The position numbers were made by a program, and so were the translations under genes. The notes beneath the pieces were generated by a model. That model searched no databases and was not told the origin of the DNA. It saw only the letters and a program-made list of their open reading frames with translations. 64,000 nt of DNA from Lama guanicoe (taxonomy: Eukaryota): positions 4,361,957-4,425,956 of the forward strand of contig MU053881.1 of assembly GCA_013239625.1 (NCBI GenBank), read 5' to 3'. Shown here one piece after another: positions 24,800 through 37,700 of the stretch (positions are counted from its first letter, which is position 1; each line of letters opens with the position of its first letter).

Positions 24800-25275
24800 C
24801 TCCCGTGTTCCGGGGAGACCCTCCTCCCCACTCTCAGCCTAGGTGCAGTTGGACTGACTTCCCCCAACACTAAGGCTGGTCGCATGGCCCGGGCTCAGCC
24901 AATCAGAACATTCTCTCTTGCCCATCCTTGGCTCCAGGATGGGAAGGAACATGGTGGATGCAGATGAGACTCAGTTCCAAGGTTTTCACCAGAAACAGTG
25001 GGAAAGAGATGCTCTCTTTTGCTACAGGGATTGCTAGCTGCCTGGAGCAACGCGAGCCTCCTCATGCGAAGTCATTGCCTGAGAATAAGGTCGCCCCAGA
25101 GACAAGCAGAACCCAGAGAGGGTCCGGAAGGATGCCCAGCCTTCTAGCCATTTTTGCGAAATTCAAAATGCACCTCTTACTTCTCAGCTCCGTGGACCAA
25201 TGCTTTCCTCTGTGTTCATGCATTTTTTAAAGTTCGGTTTTTGTCATTTACAAACAAAAGATCTCTGACGAACAC
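24800..25275 (+). mobile_element. Old MaLR LTR (MLT1K/L-like)
   Basis: 'cagccaatcagaacattc...gggaaagagatgctctctttt...gcctgagaataag...ggtttttgtcatttacaaacaaaaga'. Confidence 0.55.
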
Positions 25276-25457
25276 CACCCGGATAATATTCAGTTTATCT
25301 TCCGTATCTGTGTTCTCACTCTCTGTGTCCTGGTTTAAGTTTCGTCATTGGCCTTGGCATCTCCACCCTGGATTGTTGTTCCAGATCACCAACTGATAAT
25401 TACAACCAAATAACAGTAGGAGTTGAATAACTGCCACTTATATGCACTTCCTATTTA

Positions 25458-25596
25458 GTTTTTAAATTTATTTTTATTTTTCTTTATATGATCAATTGTC
25501 TGGTTTTTTTTTTTTTTAATGGAGGTACTGGGCATTGAACCCAGGACCTCCCTCATGCTAAGCTGTACTCTCATCCCTGCGCTGTACCCAACCCCA
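25458..25596 (-). mobile_element. tRNA-derived SINE (Vic-1-like) inserted in a MIR
   Basis: 'tttaatggaggtactgggcattgaacccaggacctc...catgctaagc'. Diverged TSD gcacttcctattta / gtgcttcctgttta. Confidence 0.85.
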
Positions 25597-28500
25597 GTGC
25601 TTCCTGTTTATTACAGGGACCCTGCAAATCGATATTCTCATCTCCCTGTTGAGGAGACCGAGGGTCAGAGAGACAAGGGACTTCCACGCAGTTCGCAAGC
25701 AGCAGGGCTAAGACTGAGTCTCAGATGGTCTGACTCCAAAGTGCACACTCTTTGAACAAAACCTCATCCTGCTTCGTTGAACTTTAGGTGGACCTTGTCT
25801 CTCCCACGACAATAGCAGATTTTTAGGGCAGGGATAATCTGGTCCTTCGGAATCGTGGAGCCATGAGTGAAGCTAGACCCTGTCAAATATCCTGGGCTTC
25901 ATGGACACTTTCGAGGGGCACTGACTCTGCTTTTGGTGCATCGTTTTTCTCCTGCCTTCATTTTCCTCTCCCCCAGTTTCCATACTCGTCTTGAACTTTG
26001 CTGCCACCCTTTCACTGGCCAGGATTGGCTGGCCTGCCCAGCACCGGCCATCACTAAGGTCAGCTGTGCTGATCAGGTTGCCTTGGGTCGCAGGCTCTGC
26101 CCTGGGATCAGTGTCGCTCAGACCAGATGGGTGGAAAGTGGGGGGCTGGTTCCTCTGGGACAAATCAAGGTGCTGTTCCTAGAAGGGATAGCCACTCCTT
26201 CTCACCCCTCAGCCACCCAAATCACCGATCATTTATTTGGTTTTGCAGCATGTCAAGCACCAGGCTGAGTACTGGCAGGACAATGAGGGACTCGGCACAG
26301 ACTCAGACTCCTCACTGATCCAGGTGGTCAGGGGTCCACTGTCTGAGAGTAAGCAGACTGTGGGCTAACCACCAAAATGTGTGGGATGAGGTCAGAGCCA
26401 AGAAAGCAGAGAGCACCATGGGAACAAATCATTTGCTTGGGGATGGGGAAAGGGGCTTTGGAGAAGCCATATTGAAGAGGTAACAGTGAGCTGGGTTTCA
26501 AAGGGTGTGGCAGCTTCCGTCAAGAAGGAGTGGCAGAGGAACAGCATTTCTGGCAAAGGGGAACAGCATGTGCAGAGATGCAGAGGTGGGAGAAATCTGG
26601 TGTATTCTGGGAAGAGAGTATAGTTGGGTGACGATGCAAAACAAGGAAGGGGAGGAGGGGAAGAGAAGCTTACAAGGGAGAGGGAAAGTGGGAAATAAAA
26701 GTATAAAATCAGTCACTATTTGTTAGGGTGACTTTTTTTAGCCTTTAGCCTAAGCTTTGCTTGGACAGCTCAAGAGGAAGTTGTTACTTCCCCAAGCTGC
26801 AGCTTCCCTTGGGAGAGGAAGGGTTAATTCAGAACACGAGGAAGAAATGCCCGGAGGGGCTGATTGTGGGAGGGAAAGACCAAGGCTGCAAGAAACTTGA
26901 GCAAGGGAGAGCGGGCTGGGGAGGAGGGGGGAAGACCAAGGAAGGGGCAGGTCAGTTGCTGAACTTAATAAAAACTTTCATGCCAAGCCCTGCACGGGAC
27001 CTTGGGTATGCAGAGATCATAGGATTCCTAGGCTGGTTGGAGGGACACACAAAGAGACAGCAAAGACAATAGAGTGGGCTGAGTTCTGTGGCTTGGGTTG
27101 TCTAGGGTCAATGAGGGCACCAGAAGTACCTCCTAGAGGAGGTGACACTGGAACTGGGCCTTACAGGATGAATAGGAGTTTGCTGCCTAGAGACCTAGGA
27201 GCTTTCATAATTTCTGTATCTCCTCTTTTATACAGACCGACCACGTAGCTACTTGGCCAATGTCTGTCCTTTCTGCTGAACTCCATGGGGGTGGAGACTC
27301 TGGCTGGCTGCCTACTGAGTTTTCTCCTGTACCTAGGACAGTGCCTGGCGGAGAGGATGTGTGTGCGCACATGAGACAGCAGCCTGGGCAAGGGCTCAGC
27401 AAAGACGCAGACAGAGGTGGCAGCAAAAAGTATTGTTCGAGACCAGGCAGGTGGGACAGGCAGAGTCCAGGGCAGAAACGACCTTGATAGACCATCTGAG
27501 CAGTTTGGATTTTACCCTCTAAACAAGGAAGGACATGATTGAATTCTTATTCACTCATTTATTCGACAAATGGTTATCGAGCACCAACTAGATGCCAAGA
27601 ATCGTGTTAGGTCCTAGCGATATGGCGGGAGCAAGACTGACCCCTTCCTCACGGGAGCCACCATTCTCATGGGAAAACAGCAAACTGGTAAGCAATTAGG
27701 GAACAGTCTTCTTTTCCACTAGTGATGAAGTGCTAGTAGAAAAATAAACACAAGTGAAAGGGTAGACACTGAGAGAAGGGGGAGGCTCAGGGCTGGATGA
27801 AGGATGCATCAGATGGGATTGTGTTCAGCTGCAAGGAGCAGAAAACCTGGCTCCCGGAGCCTCGCTGTGGGAGTTTATTTTTATCTCGCAACAGGAAGTC
27901 CAAGAGGTAAGCAGCCCAGGGCTGGATGGCAACTCAGCGGTGAAGTCAAGAAACCGGGTTCCCGCATCTTCCCGTTCTGCCTCATTAGCCTTCTCTCTGA
28001 TGCTTCAACTTTTTTTCTTTTTAATGAAGAGAATGAATTCATGCATTTCATATTTCTTTAAAAGTGCATAATTAAAAACACTTACGCTGATGCTTTGCTG
28101 ACATGTAATTTCTCCATCCGGAAAAATTCAGGAAAGTCTTATGCTCACAAAAATGACTGGTATGAGTTTTAGGGGTTGAGAATAGGGAAAGGGGCCACAG
28201 CCACATCTGGGTTGATGGGGTATATGATTGGATGGCACTGGTGTGTGTACGCAAGGGATCCGATTTCTTTACCGGGCTAATTCAGCGGAAGCAGGTATTC
28301 AAAGCAAGACACGGCCATGAGAGGATGAGCCCTGTCTCCCCCTACTCTTTCCCACCAAGAGACATTTTAGGGAGAGAATCAGGCTTCCTGAATTTTATAG
28401 AATGGGAGGCATGGGACAAGCTGATGGCAACTGACACTTGACTTTTAAAAGGATCATTCTGGGGCGGTGGGGAAGATGGATTTGGGGAGGAAAGTCTGGA

Positions 28501-29767
28501 AGCAATAGTCCTGGGAGAGATGGGGAAGCCTGGATTAGGGCGGGTGATGGGACTAGAGATGAGGGCGCAGCTCTGAGAAGCGTGGGGGAGAGTGCTGAAG
28601 GCGGGGCAGCGCAGAGCTGCACGAAGAGCCGCACGGACTGAGGGGACCCCCAACGCAGCTGCGAGGATCGGGGAGCCACGCGCACATCACCAACAACGTC
28701 TGGCCCCGCCTTTGGAGAGTCGCTGGTAACCAGCAAATCCTATGATGGCTCTTCAGGCTCCCCGAATGCTAAGAGGTCTCTGAAGTCTGCCCGCCCTTCC
28801 GTTGTTGGTGGAGCCAACCAGTCATGGAATCCAAACACCCACTGGGTCCTGGGCATTCATCAGTGTCTTGGTTGCCAATGATAAATCTGTAAAAAAACAA
28901 AAGCAAGGCAGCAGATTTTCCAGTATTTGGGGGAATGCAGAGTAAGCAGGTTAGCCCTTGGGCCCTGGTCACCAGACACATGAGTTGGTCACTGACTGGG
29001 GGAGATTCTGTTGAGAGGTGGTAGAAGTTGCTCTAAGAAACTTGGGACCATGAACATCATCCCCTTAGCAAGGAAGGGAGGTTGACTAGCCTCAGAAAAG
29101 TTCCTTTCCTGTAGATTACGACCTTTATATACAGCTAGCTCAACCGGTTTTAGGTAATCGAATATTCCACCCTGCCTGCGCCAGGCACTGCTCTAAGCAC
29201 AGGGGGACAAAGCGGACAAAAACCCCTCTTCTCGGAATTCTGGTAGAGATAATCCGAAGTCCTAAGTAAATAAGCGGCCTCTACATAGTATGTGTGCTGC
29301 TTCCTTTTGTTTTTCTGTTAAGCGGTGCTCTTGGAGCTAAATCCATCCTTCACGGCATATCTCACTTATAAGTCATTCTGGCTTTTTCTTCTTCAACCAT
29401 GGAGTCAAAAGGAGATCTGACCCAGACGTATCCTAGTCCGTCAGCAGTGGGTACCTGTTGTCTCCATGTTTCTCATTCCAGTATTTGGGAGAATTCAAGA
29501 TGGGAGTCTTGAAGCCCCGGAGGTGAAATGTCCAAAGATCAGTCAGGTGACAAACAAAGACCCAGCTTTCCCAAGCCACAGGCTGAGGCAGTACAAATGC
29601 TCCATCCCCCCGATGGTAGGACCACCTGTGCTACGTCCCAGAGCAAGCTGGTGGCCCAGGGGCAGTTTGTTGGCTCATGTCTCATGGTAAAGGCGTTATT
29701 CAGTGTACAGCTCCTGATACACGACAGAGCACTTCCACATTTGTTTTCACATTTAGTAACTCCACAT

Positions 29768-30278
29768 AGACTTGCTAAATTTAGCAAACAAATTACAGGT
29801 CACCCAGTTAAATTTGAATGTGATATTTGAAATATACTTATACTAAAGAAAAAAAAATCATTGTTTGAAATGCAAACCTAATTGGGTGTCTTAGCGCATG
29901 AGGGCTGCGGTGGCAGAATACCAGAGAACAGGCGGCTGAAAAACAAAACATTTATTTCTCGTAGTCCTGCAGCCTAGAAGTCGGAGATCAAGGCACTGGC
30001 AGGTTCAGTGTCTGGTGAGAACCCTTTCTCTGGTTCACAGGCGGCTGGCTGCTCCTGCGTCCTCACATGCCAGAAAGGGTGGTGGAGCTGCCTGGGGTCT
30101 CTTTTATCAGGACCCACTGCATTCATGAAACCTCTGACCTCATGACCTGAGCACCTCCCAAAGGCCCCACCTCCTAATCCCCTTACATGGGGCCTTAGGA
30201 TTCAGCACATGAATTTGGGTGGGACACAAGCATTCGGTCCATACCACTGAACGTCCCGTCTCTTACTGGAAACCCTAA
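29768..30278. mobile_element. MER53-like hAT MITE split by an MLT1A LTR
   Basis: 'acaggtcacccagttaaatttgaat...tacttatactaaa' before the LTR and 'cgtcccgtctcttactggaaacccta' after it. Confidence 0.65.
29887..30246 (-). mobile_element. MLT1A-type solo LTR
   Basis: 'tgtcttag...gggctgc...atttatttctcgtagtcct...gatcaagg...ccaaaggccccacctcctaat...tgaatttgggtgggacacaagcattcggtccatacca'. Confidence 0.85.
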
Positions 30279-31115
30279 CCCTACAGTCCTCAGAGGCAGG
30301 CAATATCCGTGTCCCCTTCTGGTCACTGAGGATCAGAAAGTTAACTGTTTAAGGCCACTGACCAAGGCAGTGACAGAACCAGGCAGTCCCTCTCCCTTAC
30401 TGGTCCTTGGATTCCCCCCCTGGGTGTCATCTTCAAGGCATCAAGGATGCACTGGGGTGGAGTGTGGGGAGCTTGGGACTAGAAGGGATGGAAAGTGTAA
30501 GGGAAGGCCTTGGAGGGACCAACCACCACGAGTCATGGGCCCTGTGGTCTTTGTATTAGAGGATAGCGGAGAGAGGGTTTCCACTCTTAGATGCAACGTG
30601 TTCTTGGTTTTAGTTTAGTGTACCAGGGCCCTGGCACCCCAGCCAGCGAGGCTGGAAATGCAGGAAGCCATCTGGAGCTGCGTGCTGAGTCACAGGGCCC
30701 GGAGAAAAACAAGAACATCGTGACGGCAGAGGAGGGGGTGCGGAGTCACCTCCCTCGAGATCGTGGTGGGCACTGGAAATAGAAAATGCTCCCTCTGAAG
30801 CATCTGTTAGCAGGTCCAGGATCCCTCACGTGACTGCAGTCCCCTCCCTATTAAGCGCCGACTGAATGCAGAGCTCTGTTCCCTGAGAATGTCAGCATGT
30901 CAGGTGATAGAACAGAAGTGTCTAGTTTCTTTTGGGGGGCGGGCAGGGGGGAAGTGTTCGATTTTTGTTTTTTTTCTCCCAAATCCTGGCTCATCCTCTT
31001 TTATTGCCTGTCAGCCCTTGGGCAGTTTACTGAATAACTTTCTGATCCTGTTTGATCTTCAATAATATTTATCCTCTCATTAAGATAGAGTGAGGGTTTA
31101 AATAAAATCTCACTT

Positions 31116-31262
31116 CCACTTTTTTTGGGGGGTCAGGACATGCTATACGGATGCTGAGCGCTGATACCTCTTTTTCCTTTTTTAATTGAGCTGCTGGGGA
31201 TTGAACCCAGGACCTCACACCTGCTAAGCACGTGCTTTACCACTGAGATATACCCTCCCCAC
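31116..31262 (-). mobile_element. tRNA-derived SINE with atypical 3' tail, inserted in a MIR
   Basis: 'ctggggattgaacccaggacctcacacctgctaagcacgtgctttaccactgagatataccctcccc'. TSD-like taaaatctcactt (31103) / taaaatcccattt (31263). Confidence 0.85.
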
Positions 31263-31669
31263 TAAAATCCCATTTTTAAAGTGTCTTGCCAAGGTCTAGC
31301 ACACAGTAGATGGTCAAAAAATGGTCGGTTTTGTTATCAGAGAGACATAAAAATATCTTCCTGGTAGGTTGGTGTGGGGATTAAATCAGATAACACACTT
31401 TTGCTCTCAAGAGGGCACTGGACCGCGGTCTCAGCGAGGTTTCAGCTAATGACAGAGATTGCTTTTCACTTGTTTCACCCCTAGACCCCAAGATGACTGG
31501 TCCTGTCCCCCTGGGTACTGCTTAGTGAGGCTAAATACACACACAGGGAATGTTTACATGATATCTCTTCATTCTGTCCACAAATGGTTCCTTTAATATT
31601 GTGCAAGTTACTGGTTCAGCCTCTGCGGAGGTAGAGACAAACAAAATGAGGATAACTACTCCGATTTTT

Positions 31670-31890
31670 CTGTTGTTGCTTTAATAGCTGTCTGTGCCAG
31701 GCACAATGTGGAGCACCTGACACATGCTGGACTCTCAGAGCAACTCTTTCAGGTCGGTACTATTATAATCCCATTTTACTGATGGGAAAACTGAGGCTCA
31801 GAAGGATTCAATACGTTGTCCAAAGGCACAGAGCTAGTAGGTAGCAGTCGAGGCTCAATCCCAGGTCTGACTCTCCCAAAGGTCCTGACT
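31670..31890 (-). mobile_element. MIR SINE
   Basis: 'ggtactattataatcccattttactgatgggaaaactgaggctcagaagg...gtccaaaggcacagagctagtaggtagcag'. Confidence 0.8.
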
Positions 31891-34194
31891 ATATCCTACA
31901 ATGGACCAGATCCCAGAGAGGGGGAGAACCCTCAATTGGAGATTTCAACATCATTCAGGCACAAAGGGTATATAAAGGGCACAGAGTGGTGAGGTGATGA
32001 AATGCCAGAGGAGAGGTTGAGAGTCATAGTGACAGCAGCTCTGGACTGGGAGGGGCTCCCAGAGGGGCTTCCTAGAAGGTGGGGGTGGGGAGTAGCTCCA
32101 GAGCCTGGGGAAGGAGGCGGGGAAGGGGCAGAGACCGCAGGCAGCAAAGGCACACAGACCTGACCAGGCAGGGATGGGGTTCAGCGAGAGGCCAGATGGC
32201 TGTGCCCAAGGCACGTTTTGAAAGCCCAAAGAGGAATATGTCATCGGGACAGAGTCTAGCTGGGGCTAGACTGTCATTAGTTTCCAGAATGATAAACTCC
32301 TCAGCAGAGCTGAATTGATTTGCAACCTTAGCACATCACTGCTTAGAGGGTTCCTACCCATTGTGTGCGCACCTGGCCAGCAGCGCTGCAAGACGCACCT
32401 GCTGTTGGAAGGGAAAGAGGTTTCCGCAGAATCGGCAGGCAGGACCTGTCTTGCCCAGTGGCCTCGACCTTAGATCGGGAGATAATGACATTCCCTTTGC
32501 CTTCAGAAGATTCCATGAAAAAGGACAAAAACTAAGGCTCCTTAAAACCAACTCAGAGATAGCACAACTTTTCTTCAAGCCAATCTGGCAATACAGAGAG
32601 AGAGGATTTGATCCCAAGATTTTACCACTAGGATTTACTCCTAGGGAAATGGTCGTGGAGGTGTGCAAAACCAGGTGGGCACAAAGATAGCTGCTGTAGT
32701 ATCGCTTACAAACACAAGAATCAGAAATGTCCTAACTAGTCAATTACAGGGGCCTGGTTAAAAATGATGATATATCCATTCATTGGAATATTATGCTGCC
32801 ATTAAAAGTCACTGGGGGTCACATCATATTAAGTGATAATACAGTATAACCCCAGCTTGAATCTACATTAATCTGATTCATTCACTTGTTAAATAGTTCA
32901 CGTGCTGTGTGCCAGGCAATATTTTGGGCGTGGTGGGTATGGAGGGGAACAAGTTTGGTGTATTACTGGGGGCAAGTCAGACAACAAACATGTAGCCCCG
33001 GGAATAAATAAGATCATTCCTGAGACTGGTCCGTGAAGCAAATGTAAGATGGGCCAGTGCAGGGCGAGTGACGAGGGGGGGGGTTATCTGCCGCACTGAA
33101 ACTTCCACTGCCCACTTCTTGTTGGAAAACATCTAGTCGTGAGAATCTGGGAAAACGCATTTCAGGCAGAGGGACAAAGGCCAAGAGGGGCGATGCCGTT
33201 GGGGTATTAGAAAAAAAATAAAGGAAAAGAAATAGCATGTGAGCAGGGAGAGAAGGGGTGGACGAGGGGCGGGCACAGGCTGGATAATGTAGAGTCTGAA
33301 AGCCAAGGTCAAGTGTTTAGAAGCAGTTTGAATTTTATTCTAAGTGCAGTGGGGACGCTGCTGGGTTTTAAGTCAGGCAATGATTATACTTACGTTTATA
33401 TTACATTTGTAACCGGAAGGAGCTACATCAACGGTTAATAGAGGTCTTCAAGGGGTGGTGGGGTCATGAACAATTTTTTTTAATTTGTTCCTGTGTGTTT
33501 TTCTGGAACTCCCAAACTTTTGCCATGAGAAGCAAACGCTAATTTCTATTTGAAAAAAAAAAAAAAAACAGAGAGCAATTCGGGTTAATGTCAGCTGCCA
33601 TTTACACGGAGCCCCAGTCAGAAGCATCTTTGTCCACGCCACGGCATTGGATTTTCGCAATAACTCTGTGAGTTACAGTCCGATCGTTTTAATTAGCGTC
33701 ATTTTGGAGGTGAGAAAATTGAGGTTGGAAGGGGCAGAGATTCTGGCAGCAAATGTCAGAACTGGGACCAGAATCAAGTTTCTGTAGCCTTTGCCCAGGT
33801 TGGCTGGGTTTGCCAGGCAGCTGGGCCTCCGGGCGGGTCCGCCTTGGATGGACCCGGATACCCAGAGGCCCCAGACAGGAGTCTGCGGGATGGCTCCTCC
33901 CTGCTTGGGGGAGGGAGGGCAGGGAGGGACCCCCAGCCCCCAGCTGCAAATGGCTAGTGCCAGAGCACGCGTGCGCAGGAGGACGGGTGTGGCCCACGTG
34001 GTAGGTGCTGAGTGAGCACTGGGTCATTCATGAAATAGCTCGCTCTCTGGAAAATGCCGCTCGCGCTCAGGAGGCGGTTTAGCTGACTTTCCAGTTTGGC
34101 AGCCGGGTGATCTGAGGTTAGTGACCCTCCAAGCCCCGAGTCCTCCTCTGGACAATGGAGATGAGGTCCGCACTCACTCACCCACCTCTGTGCA

Positions 34195-34420
34195 GTGTGA
34201 TAGCTGGGGGCCAGACTGCCTGGGTTTGAATCTGCTTCTACCCTTTTCTAGCTTATGACTCTGTGGAGCTCTTAGCCTCCTCACACCTCAGTTTTCTCAT
34301 CTGTAAAGTGGGAGTAAGAACACGTGTCTCCCAGGGTTGCTGTTAGGACTAAATGGATGGATAGAGTACTTGGAAGAGGTCTCGGCACGTAGTATATGCT
34401 CCTTAAATATCAGATAATCT
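34195..34420 (+). mobile_element. MIR SINE
   Basis: 'gccagactgcctgggtttgaatc...cctcagttttctcatctgtaaagtggg...ggttgctgttaggactaaatg'. Confidence 0.8.
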
Positions 34421-36183
34421 TAGCATCAGCGGTCTAGGAGTGTTAAAAGGATGATGGGAGAGGCTCTCAGAAGTACAGAAGGACTTGGCACAGGGTGTCC
34501 GTAAGTGGGAGCTGCTGCTTCTGCCCGCCTACCACCATTCCCGCCATTATTACTGCTTCCATGGTTTTTCATAGGAAACATATAAATCCACTTTTTGTTC
34601 AGAAAGAAGATCCCCTTACCTGCCAGGAGGGTCTTTTGCCAGGCTAAAGGATAGATCTCCTCTCTCACATCTCAGGAGGTTCCCGTCTGTTCAAGGTCAC
34701 GAGATGAATTCCCAGGCATTTCCCAGGGTCTCTGTCTCTAACGCATTTAAGGAGCCACTTTCTAAATTTCAGGCTTGACATTTGCTGAATGACACAAACG
34801 GCGCCTTTTTGGGTGAGCAGTCTGGGGTCGTGGTACCTTCATCCCCGTTTTCAAGCTTCGATTGTTTGAGGACCACCAATAATTGTGCAATAGCTGTATA
34901 CCACTGGGTCGAGTCCTTCCTCCATTATTTTCTGTTAACTTGTCTCCCCCTGAAAACTCAAAATACATTTATTCAAAAGGGAAACATACTCATTGCCATA
35001 CGTGGTAAGCCAATGTCACTTGTCACAAAGAGAAGCTACTCATAAAAAGAAATACCATGAAAATAAAGCAGTATTAGTGAATTCTAGAAGAATAGGGTGG
35101 CCCACTGAGGACCCTGGGCTCTTGAAGCCTGTCTGATTTCCATTTAAAAGGGAGATTTGGAGAGGTAAAGAACTATTCGTCCCAAAGTAAGACCATCTTC
35201 TTGGCGTACTAAGAAAGACTGAAAGAAAATTTAAAGAGGAAAAAAAATCTCTAGCCACGCTTCAGTGTTTTTATGTCTGTGTCTGTTCACCTTCTGGAAT
35301 TTTCTCCTGCCCACCAGGACCCCCTCTTCGGTGTGATTCAGTTCTTTATTAATAAAAGCTAAGGGGAGAACAGCCCACCTTCTGCTTCTCACTGATTAGT
35401 TCATTTTTGGAAGATTCTTAGGTCTCTCTGACATGAGGGAGCTGAATTAGAGAAATGTTTTTCTCTGATGATTTCCAGGCCCCCAAAGGGGGCTTGGCTG
35501 TCCAGCAATGTTTTCTCGCCTGCTGACGGAGCAGGAGTGAAATCTACCCAGAGGATGGTCTCATGGGGTGGACTGGGTCCCTGGATCTCCGAGAGGAGCA
35601 AAGATGTGGGATTCGCTGCACAGCCACAAACGGACTCACGTTTCCCAGGGCTGGATTCTCTGCATGTTGAGCTGAGCAGAGGGTTGGGCTTGGACTGAAA
35701 AATGAAGTAGCCCCTCTCTGCCCAGCCGAGACCCTAGGAAGAAAGGGCAAGATGACTTGCTGACTTCAGGTTTCCTCCCCACCTTCAGCAGCCCCTGCAA
35801 ATGTTTCCTGTATCAGAGAGCCTGGGAGGAGTGGCCAAGGCTTCTCTCCTAAATTATTCCTTTTTTCTTGTCTCCTCCCTGCTTCTAAATCGGCCAGGAT
35901 CTGCCGCACCTGTGCTATATCTAGATTCCTTAGCCTGCCATGCAAGCCCCACGCCAGCCGAGTTCCAATCTGCAATTTCCAGCCCTGGCTGCTGGGACGT
36001 CCTTCCGTGAATCCCTCTGCTCCTGGCCAGCTGCTTCCCTGGCACATGGTAGGTGTGAAGAAATGTAATTGAATGGAAGAGTATGTCTTACGCTGGGCTG
36101 CCTCTACAGAACATTTTGACATGTATTTCTTAAGTGTCAGGGACAAATGGTGCTCAAAGACTTCGTATATTCCAGGTCCTGGT

Positions 36184-36292
36184 AGGGTGACCAGCGCCTG
36201 GATTTGCTGGGGATTTTCCTGGTTTGGGTGCTGGAAGATCACACACCAGGAAACCTCTGGGACAGAGGCCAATCGGGACAGTTGGTCACCCT
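36184..36292. mobile_element. MER94-like hAT-Blackjack MITE
   Basis: Perfect terminal inverted repeats agggtgacca (36184) / tggtcaccct (36283); internal 'cgggacagttggtcaccct'. Confidence 0.75.
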
Positions 36293-37423
36293 GCTGGGTT
36301 AGGTTTTACATCCTCTCTCTTCGTGGGACCTCCAGCACAGTGGGAGAGGATGACATTAAACAAATTATCCCACAAAGGAAAAAGTAATTACAAACCATGG
36401 TGAGTGCAAAGCAGCAGCCAGCCCTGGGCTGAGCGCTGTGGGTAAAAGAGGAAAAGGCACGGTCTCGGCCCTGCAGAACCTCCTGGTTGCAGCTGGGAGA
36501 CAGAGAGACACGCAGCTTATTTAATATCAAGTACCCAGTGCAATGGATCTGAAATCTCCACTCTCTTTTCCCTGTTCACATTGCAACTGTTTCTATTTTA
36601 ACGGAGGTTTCAAGCATCAGAAACCCACTCTGGTAAATTAAACAGATATCCATCTATCGAAAGGGCATTACAAGGAAAAGCTGAAAAACTAGGCCTTGGA
36701 AGAGACAGAAGTGATTACTTCTCAGGGAGTTGAGAGGATAAAAAATATGCCAGAACCAAAGAACATGCCTTGTTCCATTTCCATTAGAAAAATTGACTCT
36801 AGCCATTCTCTGCCCTTGGGTTTCTCTGCCCCAAGTTCTAATGCCAGGAAGAAAGAATCTGATAGCCAAGCCTAGGTCTCATGCCAGCCCCTTGGCTAGA
36901 CTAGGGGGGCACTGTGATTAGAAATTCACCGAAACAGTTTGCGCCAGGGTCCAGGGGTGGGGTGGTTGCCAGTGGAAACGAAACAGCCAGGATGCTGGGA
37001 AGGTGAGGACCTCAGCCACCGGCTCGCTCCTCTTTAAGAAGCGGCCCAGATGCTGCCTTTCCACGGGCTTCCTGCACACTGGTCACTGCCTTCCAAAGAG
37101 CTCTCTGCTGGCCAGAATATTCTATTATCATGGACAGCCCATGCTGACAGCTGCCTCCCTGGGCACACGCGTCTTATCCACTACCCTGTCTGCGATCACC
37201 TTGGAGCGTGTCCTTGGGCACAGCTGGTGCAATTCCTGGCACAGAGAAGAAACTCTAAAAGTGCTGCCGAGGACTTTTGAGAGAGTTCTAAGGAGCACAT
37301 GGCCATGATGATCCAGCCCTCTAGCCAAACCTGTCTTCTTCCTGCTTCTCACACCCTCAGCCCGCCTTGCTGTCCCTTCCAGCCATTTGCCTGCTTTGCT
37401 GACCGCGTGGCTCAGCAGTTCTT

Positions 37424-37580
37424 TTTTTTTTTAAGTTATTTTATTTATTTAGGTTTTTTTTTCATAGGGGGAGATAATTAGGTTTATTTATATATTTATT
37501 TTAATGAGGGGTCCTGGGGATTGAACCCAGGACCTTGTGCATGCTAAGCAGACACTCGACCACTGAGCTCTACCCTCCCC
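37424..37580 (-). mobile_element. tRNA-derived SINE (Vic-1-like) with perfect 14-bp TSD
   Basis: 'ggggagataattaggtttattt...ggggattgaacccaggaccttgtgcatgctaagc...ccactgagctctaccctcccc'. TSD gctcagcagttctt at 37410-37423 and 37581-37594. Confidence 0.92.
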
Positions 37581-37583
37581 GCT

Positions 37584-37700
37584 CAGCAGTTCTTAATCCA
37601 AGGCAATTTGGTCCTCCGGGGACCAATGCACCGGACAGAACCTCACAACAAAGAATTATCAGGCCCCAAACGTCCCTAGTGCCGAGGCCGAGAAGTCCAG
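37584..37700. mobile_element. MER20-like hAT-Charlie fragment (the SINE inserted at its terminus)
   Basis: 'cagcagttcttaa...cacaacaaagaattatcaggccccaaacgtc...agtgccgagg..gagaa'. Confidence 0.65.
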
